Below, piece after piece: positions 39,741 to 48,761 of a DNA stretch of 64,000 bases. The notes under the pieces were generated by a model, which was not told the origin of the DNA, made no database searches, and saw only the letters and a list, made by a program, of their open reading frames with translations. How positions within the stretch are numbered: position 1 is the first letter of the stretch; every line of letters starts with the position of its first letter. Both the position numbers and the translations under genes were made by a program. The stretch comes from Candidatus Pollutiaquabacter sp. (GTDB lineage: Bacteria; Bacteroidota; Bacteroidia; AKYH767-A; 2013-40CM-41-45), in assembly GCA_947465495.1 (NCBI GenBank), contig CANIAS010000004.1, forward strand, positions 1,808 to 65,807, in the 5' to 3' direction.

Positions 39741-40638
39741 AAGGTATCCTGACTTCTTAGTGGTCGGCGCTGCTCGGTCTGGTACTACCGCCTTGCACCG
39801 TTTGTTAAAGCAACATCCACAACTTTTTTTGCCAGCTGTTAAGGAGCCCTGTTTTTTCACTTTTGCAGACGATGCTACGGAATACCGCGGTGGTCGATTT
39901 GCATTTGCAGTAAAAGAAGAGGCTGCCTATTTGCAGTTATTTTCAGGGGCTGGCGATGATCAGTGTGCCGGTGAGATATCTACCCCTTATCTCTACATGC
40001 ATTCCAGGACCATAGCGGCTATTAAACGGTATGTGCCTCATTCGGAGAAAGTAAAGATCATCATGGTCTTACGTCATCCGGTGGAAAGGACATTTTCCAA
40101 TTACCTTTGGCGAAAGCGTGATGGACGAGAAGACGAGAACTTTGAAAATGCCTTGGCAATGGAGCAGGAACGAATTCGTAAAGGATATTCGTTTGATTAT
40201 TTTTATGCTTCCCGGAGTTTGTATTCTGAAGGTGTTAAGGCCTATCAAGATGCCTTTGAAAATGTAAAGGTGTTCTTGTATGACGACTTTCGCTTACGGC
40301 AAGCAGAAGTCTTGCGTGAGATTTGCGACTTTTTGCAAGTCAATCCAAATTTTCGTTTTCGGAAGGTGGTGGAAATAAATAGAAGCACTTCGCCTAAATT
40401 TCCACTAATCAACCGGTGGCTCACAGCGGAGTTGAAGTGGAAGTTCCGATTCCTGAACGTACTGCCAACAGATTTCAGAGATGGATTGCGGAACATGCTG
40501 TTTAAGTGGAATTCATCCAGTGATCCCGAAATTACCATGAAACAGGAAACGCGGATGTCGCTGCTCAAAAAATTCGAAGAAGATACAGATCGTTTAGCGC
40601 AATTAATTAGTCGCGATTTGTCGCACTGGAAAGTATGA
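39733..40638 (+). CDS. PAPS-dependent sulfotransferase
   Basis: 5'-PSB loop VVGAARSGTTAL and 3'-PB motif LRHPVERTFSNY. Soluble, 301 aa, with an 8-nt overlap with the upstream gene. Confidence 0.8.
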   Translation: MNKRYPDFLVVGAARSGTTALHRLLKQHPQLFLPAVKEPCFFTFADDATEYRGGRFAFAVKEEAAYLQLFSGAGDDQCAGEISTPYLYMHSRTIAAIKRYVPHSEKVKIIMVLRHPVERTFSNYLWRKRDGREDENFENALAMEQERIRKGYSFDYFYASRSLYSEGVKAYQDAFENVKVFLYDDFRLRQAEVLREICDFLQVNPNFRFRKVVEINRSTSPKFPLINRWLTAELKWKFRFLNVLPTDFRDGLRNMLFKWNSSSDPEITMKQETRMSLLKKFEEDTDRLAQLISRDLSHWKV

Positions 40639-41744
40639 ATGTCAATTCCATTCATACAGCTATCCTCGATCCTGTAGGTGTAAAAGCCGGAATGGATCAG
40701 TATGATATGCGTTTGGCGACAGCATTGCAATTGCAAGGTGTTAACGTGTCTATACTTTCAAACTTCAACGGAAATGGTGTAGTCAAATTCTTTTCATCGT
40801 CAGTGGTGGCCGGCTTATTCAGTTACCTTCAATTGATTTTCGCGTATCGAAAAGCTATTGAATTTTGTGATGCGAATACTGTTAAGCAGGCGATTTTGCA
40901 TGTGTTTGGATTCACACGCACAGATCGTTGGGTGATTAGCCAATTTCAACGGAGAGGCATTCGTGTAGTGCTTATTGTGCATGATGTGGAGTCTTTTGTT
41001 TATAAAAACACCATGGACAGAACTCGTGCGATATTACTCCAATGCAAAGACAGTATTATTGTTCATCATAAATCAGCTGCCGCCGAGATACTTCGTTTGG
41101 TGGGCAATGATGTTCCAGTTAACGTGTTGCCGCACGGTCATTTTATTTCGGAACAACCTGTCGTTTACGAAAAGCGAATGGCGCGTGAGAAACTTGGCAT
41201 TCCTATATCGGGTTTTTGTCCGTTGTTTTTTGGAATGATAAAGCCGACGAAAGGCCTCTCCGTGCTGCTGGATGCCATGGAACTAGTCGGTTCAAACTAC
41301 CACGTACTTGTGGCAGGTCGTCCACGAGGAGACGTTCGGTCGCAGCTTGAAGGATTAGTGAAATTGCAAAAAAAGGGACGAGCAACTTTTTCGATAGGAT
41401 ATATTACGGAGGATGAAATGGAACTCTGGTTTCTGGCGGCTGATTGTATTGTCCTTCCGTATGAGAGGATCTATCAAAGTGGCGTTGCATTGCAAGCAAT
41501 GAGTCGAAAGGTTCCGGTATTGATGTCAGATTTACCTGCACATGCAGAATGGCATCATGCGGGGGCTGACGCCACGCTGTTTCAAGCAGGTGATTCCGTA
41601 GATCTTGCCTTGAAATTGCAGTGGATGCAGCATAATTTGGTAGAGATCGCACAGCGAGCGGATCGAGCGTATCAACATCTTGTAAAGTATCACGACTGGA
41701 AAATACTAGCCAGTGGAATCGTTAATCTGTCTGCAGTAGGATGA
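40635..41744 (+). CDS. glycosyltransferase family 4 (GT-B)
   Basis: C-terminal retaining-GT motif region ADCIVLPYERIYQSGVALQAMSRKVPVLMSD. ATGA overlap with the sulfotransferase gene. Confidence 0.7.
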   Translation: MNVNSIHTAILDPVGVKAGMDQYDMRLATALQLQGVNVSILSNFNGNGVVKFFSSSVVAGLFSYLQLIFAYRKAIEFCDANTVKQAILHVFGFTRTDRWVISQFQRRGIRVVLIVHDVESFVYKNTMDRTRAILLQCKDSIIVHHKSAAAEILRLVGNDVPVNVLPHGHFISEQPVVYEKRMAREKLGIPISGFCPLFFGMIKPTKGLSVLLDAMELVGSNYHVLVAGRPRGDVRSQLEGLVKLQKKGRATFSIGYITEDEMELWFLAADCIVLPYERIYQSGVALQAMSRKVPVLMSDLPAHAEWHHAGADATLFQAGDSVDLALKLQWMQHNLVEIAQRADRAYQHLVKYHDWKILASGIVNLSAVG

Positions 41745-42811
41745 GAATTGCTATTATCGGGTCTAGAGGTGTTCCTGCGCGCTACGGTGGTTTCGAGACG
41801 TTGGCCGATAGGCTTTCCTTGTATTTAGTGGAACGAGGCCATTCCGTAACAATCGTCGGTGAGAATCACGTTGGTTCACATACAGATAGTCGCCGAAATT
41901 TGCGATGCACCCTTTTTAGTAAACGCCGATTTCCAGTACTATTCTATTTCGAATCTGTCCTCCGGACTTTGATAGGATTTGAAGCGGTAATTATACTTGG
42001 CGTGGGTGGTGGACCCTTTCAATGGTTGTTTCATCTAACAAGAGTTCGCGTGGTTACAAACGTAGATGGATTAGAACATTTACGTGACAAGTATTCAGCC
42101 TTACAAAAGAGCTATGTCCGATGGTCGCAATACTTTGCAAAAAAATTCTCTGATCAATTGGTGGCTGATGCAGCTGCCGTGGAAGAGTATTGGATCAAAA
42201 CAATCCGAGCAGATCAACATCGGATAACGGTCATTACTTACGGAACTGATATTGCCCGTATAGCTGATGATCAATTGCTGAAAAAATTTGGCCTTGAAAA
42301 AAAGAACTATTACTTATTGATTGCTCGTATTGTTCCTGAGAATAACATTAAAATGATTGTCGATTCATTTCTTACAGCTGATTCCCTGCGTAAGTTAGTT
42401 ATCGTGGGCAATTGGCAGGATAGTGCTTATGGCCGTGAGATCAGAAAATGGGACGATGAACGTTTATGTTTGTTCGATCCAGTGTATGATGAAGAAGTAG
42501 TGGTAGCCTTGCGAAGACATTCATTTGCTTACCTGCACGGTCATTCGGTTGGTGGCACAAATCCTACCTTGGTTGAGGCATTGGGGTGCGGTTGCATAAC
42601 TATTTGTTTTGATAATCCATTCAATCGAGCTACGACCCATGGATTTGGCTATTTTTTTCACGATAAAAAATCGTTGAAACAAGAGATTGAAAAAGTAGAG
42701 GTGTTATCCGCAGCAGCAATTGCCGAGTTAGAAATGCAGTCTTGGCTGTTGGCTGAACGTGTCTACGATTGGAGAATCATTGGTAATGCCTACGAGAAAT
42801 TACTTTGCTGA
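41741..42811 (+). CDS. glycosyltransferase with DUF1972-type N-terminus (GT-B)
   Basis: MRIAIIGSRGVPARYGGFETLADRL is the characteristic DUF1972 start. C-terminal HGHSVGGTNPTLVEALGCG. ATGA overlap with the upstream gene. Confidence 0.75.
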   Translation: MRIAIIGSRGVPARYGGFETLADRLSLYLVERGHSVTIVGENHVGSHTDSRRNLRCTLFSKRRFPVLFYFESVLRTLIGFEAVIILGVGGGPFQWLFHLTRVRVVTNVDGLEHLRDKYSALQKSYVRWSQYFAKKFSDQLVADAAAVEEYWIKTIRADQHRITVITYGTDIARIADDQLLKKFGLEKKNYYLLIARIVPENNIKMIVDSFLTADSLRKLVIVGNWQDSAYGREIRKWDDERLCLFDPVYDEEVVVALRRHSFAYLHGHSVGGTNPTLVEALGCGCITICFDNPFNRATTHGFGYFFHDKKSLKQEIEKVEVLSAAAIAELEMQSWLLAERVYDWRIIGNAYEKLLC

Positions 42812-42821
42812 TATTTGCATC

Positions 42822-43895
42822 ATGGAGCAAGAGTTTTTAGGAGAAGAGAAGTTGTTGAGCATGACCGAATTGATGCGTCAGGTTTATCCTGCGTCTGAAT
42901 TAGGCGATTCATCCTTTCTTCGTTGGAAGTATTTACAATCTCCCCATGGCCCACCCGTTATACATCATGCTGAAGATTCACAAGGATGGACAGCCACCTA
43001 CCAAGTGCTACCACGTACGTTTGTGGTAGAGGGAGTTGATCGAGTTGGCTGCCTATCTGTCGACACTGCGACTCGAAAAGATGTACGCGGACAAGGACTA
43101 TTTCAGCGTTTGGCTAATGCAACTTACGATGAATTACCCGCATGGGGCATCGATTTCACCATAGGATTTCCAAACAATCAATCCTTGCCTGTTTTCTCCG
43201 GACCGCTTGGTTTTTCACTAATGGGGAATGTTCCTTTTTTGCTAAAACCCCTCCGCCCATGGTCCTTGCTGAAGCGATTGGTTAGGAAAAAGGATGGTCG
43301 AAAAGGAAGCGATCTAACTTTCAATATTGACCCTTCTTCGGTCTTCAGGAACAAGCAATGGAAGTCAACGCCCGTAGATTGGAACTCAGACTTGTCATTG
43401 CTTCAGCCGCTATTTGATTCCATGAATGTGCGACATCGATGTGCGATGAAGCGTTCCATTGAATATTTTAAATGGCGTTATGGATCCTGCCCATCACGCA
43501 ACTATACCTTGATGATTGTACAGGAAAACAATTCGGATGAAGTGTTGGGGTACATCGTTCTTCGCGCTGTCCAACTAATGGGTTTTCGGTGCGGAGTGGT
43601 GGTTGATCTTGGTTGCTGCAACGCTGAATTAGCAGCACAGGCATTAGGCTTCCAGCTGCATGTGGCTTTTCGTAAATTTAAAGAAGCAGGAATAGAGCTC
43701 GTTGTAGCGGCTTGTATGGATGGTTGCCTGGAGTCTGAGCAATTATATTTGGAAGGATGCTTTGCATTGCCTGGTTTTATGATGCCACAACCGTTGCGAT
43801 TGATACTTAAGGTTCATCGGCAGGAAGAAATTAATCCTACGTTACTTCAATTCGAAAATTGGTTCCTTACCTTCGGTGACTACGACGTGTTGTGA
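42822..43895 (+). CDS. GNAT-superfamily acyltransferase (large, possibly tandem-fold/FemAB-like)
   Basis: Acyl-CoA binding motif VRGQGLFQRLANA. At 357 aa it is larger than a single GNAT fold. Start set at MEQEFLG (42822), just after the preceding stop. Confidence 0.6.
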   Translation: MEQEFLGEEKLLSMTELMRQVYPASELGDSSFLRWKYLQSPHGPPVIHHAEDSQGWTATYQVLPRTFVVEGVDRVGCLSVDTATRKDVRGQGLFQRLANATYDELPAWGIDFTIGFPNNQSLPVFSGPLGFSLMGNVPFLLKPLRPWSLLKRLVRKKDGRKGSDLTFNIDPSSVFRNKQWKSTPVDWNSDLSLLQPLFDSMNVRHRCAMKRSIEYFKWRYGSCPSRNYTLMIVQENNSDEVLGYIVLRAVQLMGFRCGVVVDLGCCNAELAAQALGFQLHVAFRKFKEAGIELVVAACMDGCLESEQLYLEGCFALPGFMMPQPLRLILKVHRQEEINPTLLQFENWFLTFGDYDVL

Positions 43896-44788
43896 AAAAA
43901 TCAATTCGCATATTGACCATTGATTTGGAGGATTGGTACCATTTGTTGGATCATCCGTTGACGAAATCGCCCGAACAATGGGTGACTTTTGAATCGCGGG
44001 TGGAAAAAAATGTGCATTGGCTTTTGGAATTATTGGACAAGTATAACATTCAAGCGACATGGTTTTGTCTTGGATGGGTTGCTGCCCGCTATCCATCCTT
44101 GATCCGCGAAGTTGCCAAGCGACACGAAATCGGCTGCCATACCTACCTTCATCAATTGGTTTATGAGCAAGACCGGCAGCAATTCATTGCAGACGCTAAA
44201 CAAGCCAAGTCGGTGCTGGAAGATATTACCGGATGTTCGATAAATACGTTCCGGGCGGCAGGTTTTTCAGTGACGCCAAAATCTCCCTGGTATTTTGAGG
44301 CACTCTCTGAAGTTGGGTTTCGCATTGACAGCTCTGTTTTCCCCGCTCGACGACAGCATGGTGGTCACCCTTCATTCGGCATTGATAAGCCATGTCGTAT
44401 CCAAACTAATTATGGTGAATTGTTGGAATTTCCCTTGCCTGTGAAATTAGTGGCTGGTCGTTCCTTGGTTTATAGCGGTGGTGGATATTTTCGGTTGCTG
44501 CCCTATCAGTTGATCCGCCGGTGGATTGGCCAATCCGATTACAGCCTTACCTATTTTCACCCGCGTGATTTTGATCCATCTCAACCCTTAGCGCCAGGAC
44601 TTCCGTTGAAACGCCGCTTTATGTCTTACTACGGATTGAAAAGTAGTCGTGCTAAGTTCGAATCGCTACTTCGTGATTTTAAATTTGAAAGCATTGGTGC
44701 AGTGGCTGAGCGACTACATCACCTTCACCTTCCATTGCTTCAGATTGGCGATGATGGGAGCGTGATTTCACAGCTTAAAAATGCGTAA
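43892..44788 (+). CDS. CE4 polysaccharide deacetylase (DUF3473-type)
   Basis: ILTIDLEDWYH (Asp motif) and GCHTYLHQ (H-[ST]-x-x-H metal motif). GTG start overlapping the upstream stop (GTGA). Confidence 0.8.
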   Translation: MKKSIRILTIDLEDWYHLLDHPLTKSPEQWVTFESRVEKNVHWLLELLDKYNIQATWFCLGWVAARYPSLIREVAKRHEIGCHTYLHQLVYEQDRQQFIADAKQAKSVLEDITGCSINTFRAAGFSVTPKSPWYFEALSEVGFRIDSSVFPARRQHGGHPSFGIDKPCRIQTNYGELLEFPLPVKLVAGRSLVYSGGGYFRLLPYQLIRRWIGQSDYSLTYFHPRDFDPSQPLAPGLPLKRRFMSYYGLKSSRAKFESLLRDFKFESIGAVAERLHHLHLPLLQIGDDGSVISQLKNA

Positions 44789-46394
44789 ATTCGTCAGTAT
44801 GTTGAAACGCATTCTGACGTTCACCTTATTCGTACTATTTTTTTGCAAAGCGCATGCTCAGGAGTACTTATTTCCGCTTAATCGAGATGTGAATACACGC
44901 ATAGGTCATGCATTGACTGGTGACACACTTGGATTTCACACCTCCCTTCAGCCGTACGCATACACAGACTTACAGGGCGTTGTGTCTGCGGACTCCTTGC
45001 GCATGAATTCTCTTGGGACGGAAAAGTTCTATTCGACATGGGTTGGCAGAAAATTGTTTTCGGAGCATCTCTTGTTGGTCGATACCGATGACATTATCCT
45101 CTCGTTGGATCCCGTATTCAATTTGCAGGCTGGATCCGATCTCTTGAATCAGCGCAATGTCTTTGTCAATACACGTGGACTCCTGGTTCAAGGAAACGTG
45201 AAGAACAAGTTTTTCTTCTATTCTTCCTTTCATGAAAATCAAGCACGCTATGTGAATTATATCGATAGTCTGATCCGGCAGCAACAAGTGGTTCCCGGTC
45301 AGGGTAAAGTCAAATTCCTCGACAAGGAGGAGTTTGATTTCAGTATGGCTTCCGGTGGCATGGCATACAGAATAAACAAGCATTTTGAATTTTTACTGGC
45401 TCAAGATCGATTGTTTATTGGAGATGGTTATCGCTCGATGCTATTATCAGACAATGCCTATCCGTTCCCGTTTCTTCGCACCAACATGACTTTTTGGAAA
45501 TTCCGTTATTCGGTTATCTATGCCGTCATGCAGGATTTACAGACACCTCCTGATCAGAACGTGGGTTATCCTAAAAAGTATGGAACGTTTCATTATTTGG
45601 ACCTCAATATAGGTCGAAAGAACAAATTGACCGTAGGTATTTTTGAGTCTGTCATTTGGAAGCCTGCGGCCTCTCGTGGCTATGAATTACATTACTTAAA
45701 TCCCTTCCTGTTTTTACGTCCTGTAGAGAATTCAATAGGATCTCCTGATAATGCTTTATTAGGATTAAATGTCAGATGGAAAATGTCACATTCTTCAGTC
45801 ATGTATGGTCAGTTGATGTTGGATGAGTTTCTTTTAGATGAAGTTCGTAGTGGCGAAGGATGGTGGGGAAATAAGCAGGCCGGACAATTAGGTTTTAAAT
45901 CCTACGACGTGGCAGGAATACGTTTCTTGAATGTACAAACAGAGTTTAACGTCGCGCGTCCCTTCATGTATCAACATCGAAGCAGTTCCCAAAACTATGC
46001 ACACTACAATCAGTCGCTAGCGCATACGCTGGGAGCGGATTTTTATGAGTCCATCAGCTTTATAAACTATCGTTGGAGAAATTTCTTTGCAGAGCTGAAA
46101 TTCCAATATGCCAAAGCAGGAAAAGATACTGCCGGAATTAACTTAGGGAATGATATCTTTCAGTCGTACGATACACGTCCCGGCGACTACGGGTACTATT
46201 TAGTCACAGGATTGAAGAGCACACTCACGAATCTGGGTCTACGGGTGAACTATTTGGTGAATCCCAAAACAAACTTTGTAGTGGAAGCCGGCATTGAATG
46301 TCGCAATTATTCCAATGAAGTAGATCAGCAGCAATCGCAGTTTGTTTATTTTGGTTTAAGGACTTCGCTGGAGAATTATTACTTCGATTTTTAA
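44781..46394 (+). CDS. predicted outer-membrane beta-barrel protein of the glycan locus (family uncertain; Wzi/RemB-like are possibilities)
   Basis: Signal peptide MRKFVSMLKRILTFTLFVLFFCKAHAQ. 537 aa, aromatic-rich alternating strands, C-terminal SLENYYFDF ending in Phe. Confidence 0.55.
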   Translation: MRKFVSMLKRILTFTLFVLFFCKAHAQEYLFPLNRDVNTRIGHALTGDTLGFHTSLQPYAYTDLQGVVSADSLRMNSLGTEKFYSTWVGRKLFSEHLLLVDTDDIILSLDPVFNLQAGSDLLNQRNVFVNTRGLLVQGNVKNKFFFYSSFHENQARYVNYIDSLIRQQQVVPGQGKVKFLDKEEFDFSMASGGMAYRINKHFEFLLAQDRLFIGDGYRSMLLSDNAYPFPFLRTNMTFWKFRYSVIYAVMQDLQTPPDQNVGYPKKYGTFHYLDLNIGRKNKLTVGIFESVIWKPAASRGYELHYLNPFLFLRPVENSIGSPDNALLGLNVRWKMSHSSVMYGQLMLDEFLLDEVRSGEGWWGNKQAGQLGFKSYDVAGIRFLNVQTEFNVARPFMYQHRSSSQNYAHYNQSLAHTLGADFYESISFINYRWRNFFAELKFQYAKAGKDTAGINLGNDIFQSYDTRPGDYGYYLVTGLKSTLTNLGLRVNYLVNPKTNFVVEAGIECRNYSNEVDQQQSQFVYFGLRTSLENYYFDF

Positions 46395-46488
46395 TCCTTA
46401 TTTTTCAAGAATAGGTGTTGAATACTAGCAGCCAGTATACGGCGTTCATGTCGGCTGTGGTTGTATCTTGGCTTCATCTTTTTCAGGC

Positions 46489-47538
46489 ATGAATTTGGTC
46501 CTCTCCTTCGTCATTTCATTGGTTTGTTCATTGACGTTTCTTCCGTCATTGATTCAGGCGGCGCATGCTCGTCGGATTCTGGACCTTCCAGGACCACGCA
46601 AGATTCATCGTGAACCGGTTGCATTATTGGGCGGAGTAGGCATTTTTGCTGCTCTGCTGTTGTCACTAACTTTTTTTGGGGCTCGCTTTTTTGAGCCGGA
46701 TCATCTCTTTCTATTGACTTCCGTGATATTATTGTTCTTCATGGGATTGCGTGATGATATGTCGCCATTGTCTCCTGGGGTGAAGCTATTCGGACAATTT
46801 ACGGCAGCTGCCATTTCTGTCCTCTTAGGGAACATTCGTTTGTCGTCTCTTTATGGATTACTAGGACATCATCAGTTGCCCTTTGTAGGGTCTGTTGCAG
46901 TGTCAATTCTGTTGATAGTGTTTATGATCAATGCATTTAACTTCATGGACGGTGTTGATGGATTGGCAGGAACTATAGCGGCCATAGCTAGTTCGGTTGC
47001 AGGCGTCATTTTTTATTACTCAGGTCAATTTTTCTTCGCTATACTTTCGCTTTCCCTTGCGGGTTCAATCCTTGGATTTCTTCGGTTTAATATAACTCCG
47101 GCTCGCGTTTTCATGGGGGACTCCGGGTCCATGTCCATCGGATTTCTCCTGGCCATTTGTGGAATGCAATTGACATCTGTTTCCCTTTGGAGGATGGCGG
47201 ACGGTAGTAGTTCAAATGGTTTTTTGATCGCGATTGCATTGTTGGCGCTTCCTGCTGTGGATGCACTTCAGCTTATTGTTTTGCGCTTGCTAAATGGCAG
47301 GTCGCCATTTCGACCTGATAACTGCCACTTTCATCATCAATTAGTTGCGATAGGATGGTCGGGCAAAAGAATCGTTCTTTTCTATTTATTGTTGCAAATT
47401 TTCTTCTTGCTGGTGGTGTGTTATTTCCCATTTAGATCTGCATTTCAACCCATCTGCTTCATACTTCTAAGTACATTGTCCATCATTCGTTTTGCTCATT
47501 GGCAAGCTGGAAAGGCAATCGTGGCACTTAAACGCTGA
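46489..47538 (+). CDS. polyprenyl-phosphate HexNAc-1-phosphate transferase (MraY/WecA family initiating transferase)
   Basis: NAFNFMDGVDGLAG and VFMGDSGSMSIGF motifs, about 10 TM helices. Alternative TTG start at 46468. Confidence 0.8.
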   Translation: MNLVLSFVISLVCSLTFLPSLIQAAHARRILDLPGPRKIHREPVALLGGVGIFAALLLSLTFFGARFFEPDHLFLLTSVILLFFMGLRDDMSPLSPGVKLFGQFTAAAISVLLGNIRLSSLYGLLGHHQLPFVGSVAVSILLIVFMINAFNFMDGVDGLAGTIAAIASSVAGVIFYYSGQFFFAILSLSLAGSILGFLRFNITPARVFMGDSGSMSIGFLLAICGMQLTSVSLWRMADGSSSNGFLIAIALLALPAVDALQLIVLRLLNGRSPFRPDNCHFHHQLVAIGWSGKRIVLFYLLLQIFFLLVVCYFPFRSAFQPICFILLSTLSIIRFAHWQAGKAIVALKR

Positions 47539-47606
47539 AGACGAAACATCCCATACTCATTTAAGGTATAAGGCCGAGCCCCAACAATTGCTTGGCTGAT
47601 TCTCCC

Positions 47607-48746
47607 ATGTCTCCCACTCATAAAAAACTCCTCTTTATTTTCGGTACACGACCAGAGGCGATTAAGTTAGCTCCTTTGGTCCGTGTGTTTTCAAACCATG
47701 CTGGTTTCGAAGTTAAAGTAGCAGTAACTGCCCAACACCGACAGATGTTGGATCAGGTGCTGGCCTTTTTTGAGATTGTGCCGGACTATGATCTGGACAT
47801 GATGAAGCCGAATCAGTCATTGTTTGATGTGACGGCAGCGGGTATCAAAGGCCTGGAATCAGTGCTTGAAGATGCCACTCCCGATCTTGTGTTTGTTCAG
47901 GGCGATACCACCACAGCGTTCATTGGTGCTTTGGCTGCCTATTATAAGAAAATCAAAGTGGCTCACGTCGAAGCAGGTCTTAGAAGTCATCATAAATATT
48001 CTCCATTCCCGGAAGAAATGAACCGCATCATGGCAGGTCATTTGTCGGATCTTCATTTGGCTCCAACTTCCGGTGCTGCGGAAAACCTCCGACGGGAGAA
48101 CATCCTGGAAGGAATTCACGTGGTTGGTAATACGGTTATCGATGCGCTTTTTCTGGGATTGGATTTATTGAAGGGGCCTAAAGGTGAGCCTATACGACAA
48201 TCGCTGCAACACTTGCCCATCAATCAACGATTTGTATTGGTTACAGGACATCGTCGCGAAAGCTTCGGAGAGCCTTTCGAAAATATCTGTCATGCTATCG
48301 CTGAAAGTGCGGCGTGTTTCCCCGACGTAGCATTCATATATCCCGTGCATTTGAATCCCAATGTTCAGGAGCCGGTGCATCGAATTTTAGGAGGATTATC
48401 GAATGTACGTCTCATTGAGCCACTGGACTATCCACATTTTATTTGGTTGATGGAGCGTTGTTATGTAGCGCTGACGGATTCAGGAGGTATGCAGGAAGAG
48501 GCTCCGTCACTCGGTAAGCCAGTGCTGGTTATGAGGGAAGTTACGGAACGTCAGGAAGGAATCGATGCTGGCACCGCACGTTTGGTAGGTACCGACCAAA
48601 AGGTCATTTTTGAAGCGTTGCATGAATTGCTATCGAATGAAGAAGCCTATCAGCGTATGGCTAAGTCGGTCAATCCCTATGGCGATGGAACTGCATCCAA
48701 TCGAATAGCAACAATCGTCGGAAAATATTTAAGTGATACGATCTAA
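47607..48746 (+). CDS. wecB: UDP-N-acetylglucosamine 2-epimerase (non-hydrolysing)
   Basis: LFIFGTRPEAIKLAPL, VQGDTTTA, HVEAGLRS, TDSGGMQEEAPSLGKPVLVMR. Confidence 0.9.
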   Translation: MSPTHKKLLFIFGTRPEAIKLAPLVRVFSNHAGFEVKVAVTAQHRQMLDQVLAFFEIVPDYDLDMMKPNQSLFDVTAAGIKGLESVLEDATPDLVFVQGDTTTAFIGALAAYYKKIKVAHVEAGLRSHHKYSPFPEEMNRIMAGHLSDLHLAPTSGAAENLRRENILEGIHVVGNTVIDALFLGLDLLKGPKGEPIRQSLQHLPINQRFVLVTGHRRESFGEPFENICHAIAESAACFPDVAFIYPVHLNPNVQEPVHRILGGLSNVRLIEPLDYPHFIWLMERCYVALTDSGGMQEEAPSLGKPVLVMREVTERQEGIDAGTARLVGTDQKVIFEALHELLSNEEAYQRMAKSVNPYGDGTASNRIATIVGKYLSDTI

Positions 48747-48761
48747 TCGTTGGTCAGAATT

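Noticed and set aside
40245-40736. 163-aa minus-strand ORF spanning the sulfotransferase/GT4 junction.
   Set aside because: It lies on the opposite strand to a 20-kb uninterrupted plus-strand operon, has Ser/Arg/Cys-rich composition, and has no start context.
44970-45383. 137-aa minus-strand ORF inside the OM-barrel gene.
   Set aside because: Antisense shadow ORF. The plus-strand frame has a signal peptide and a C-terminal beta-signal.
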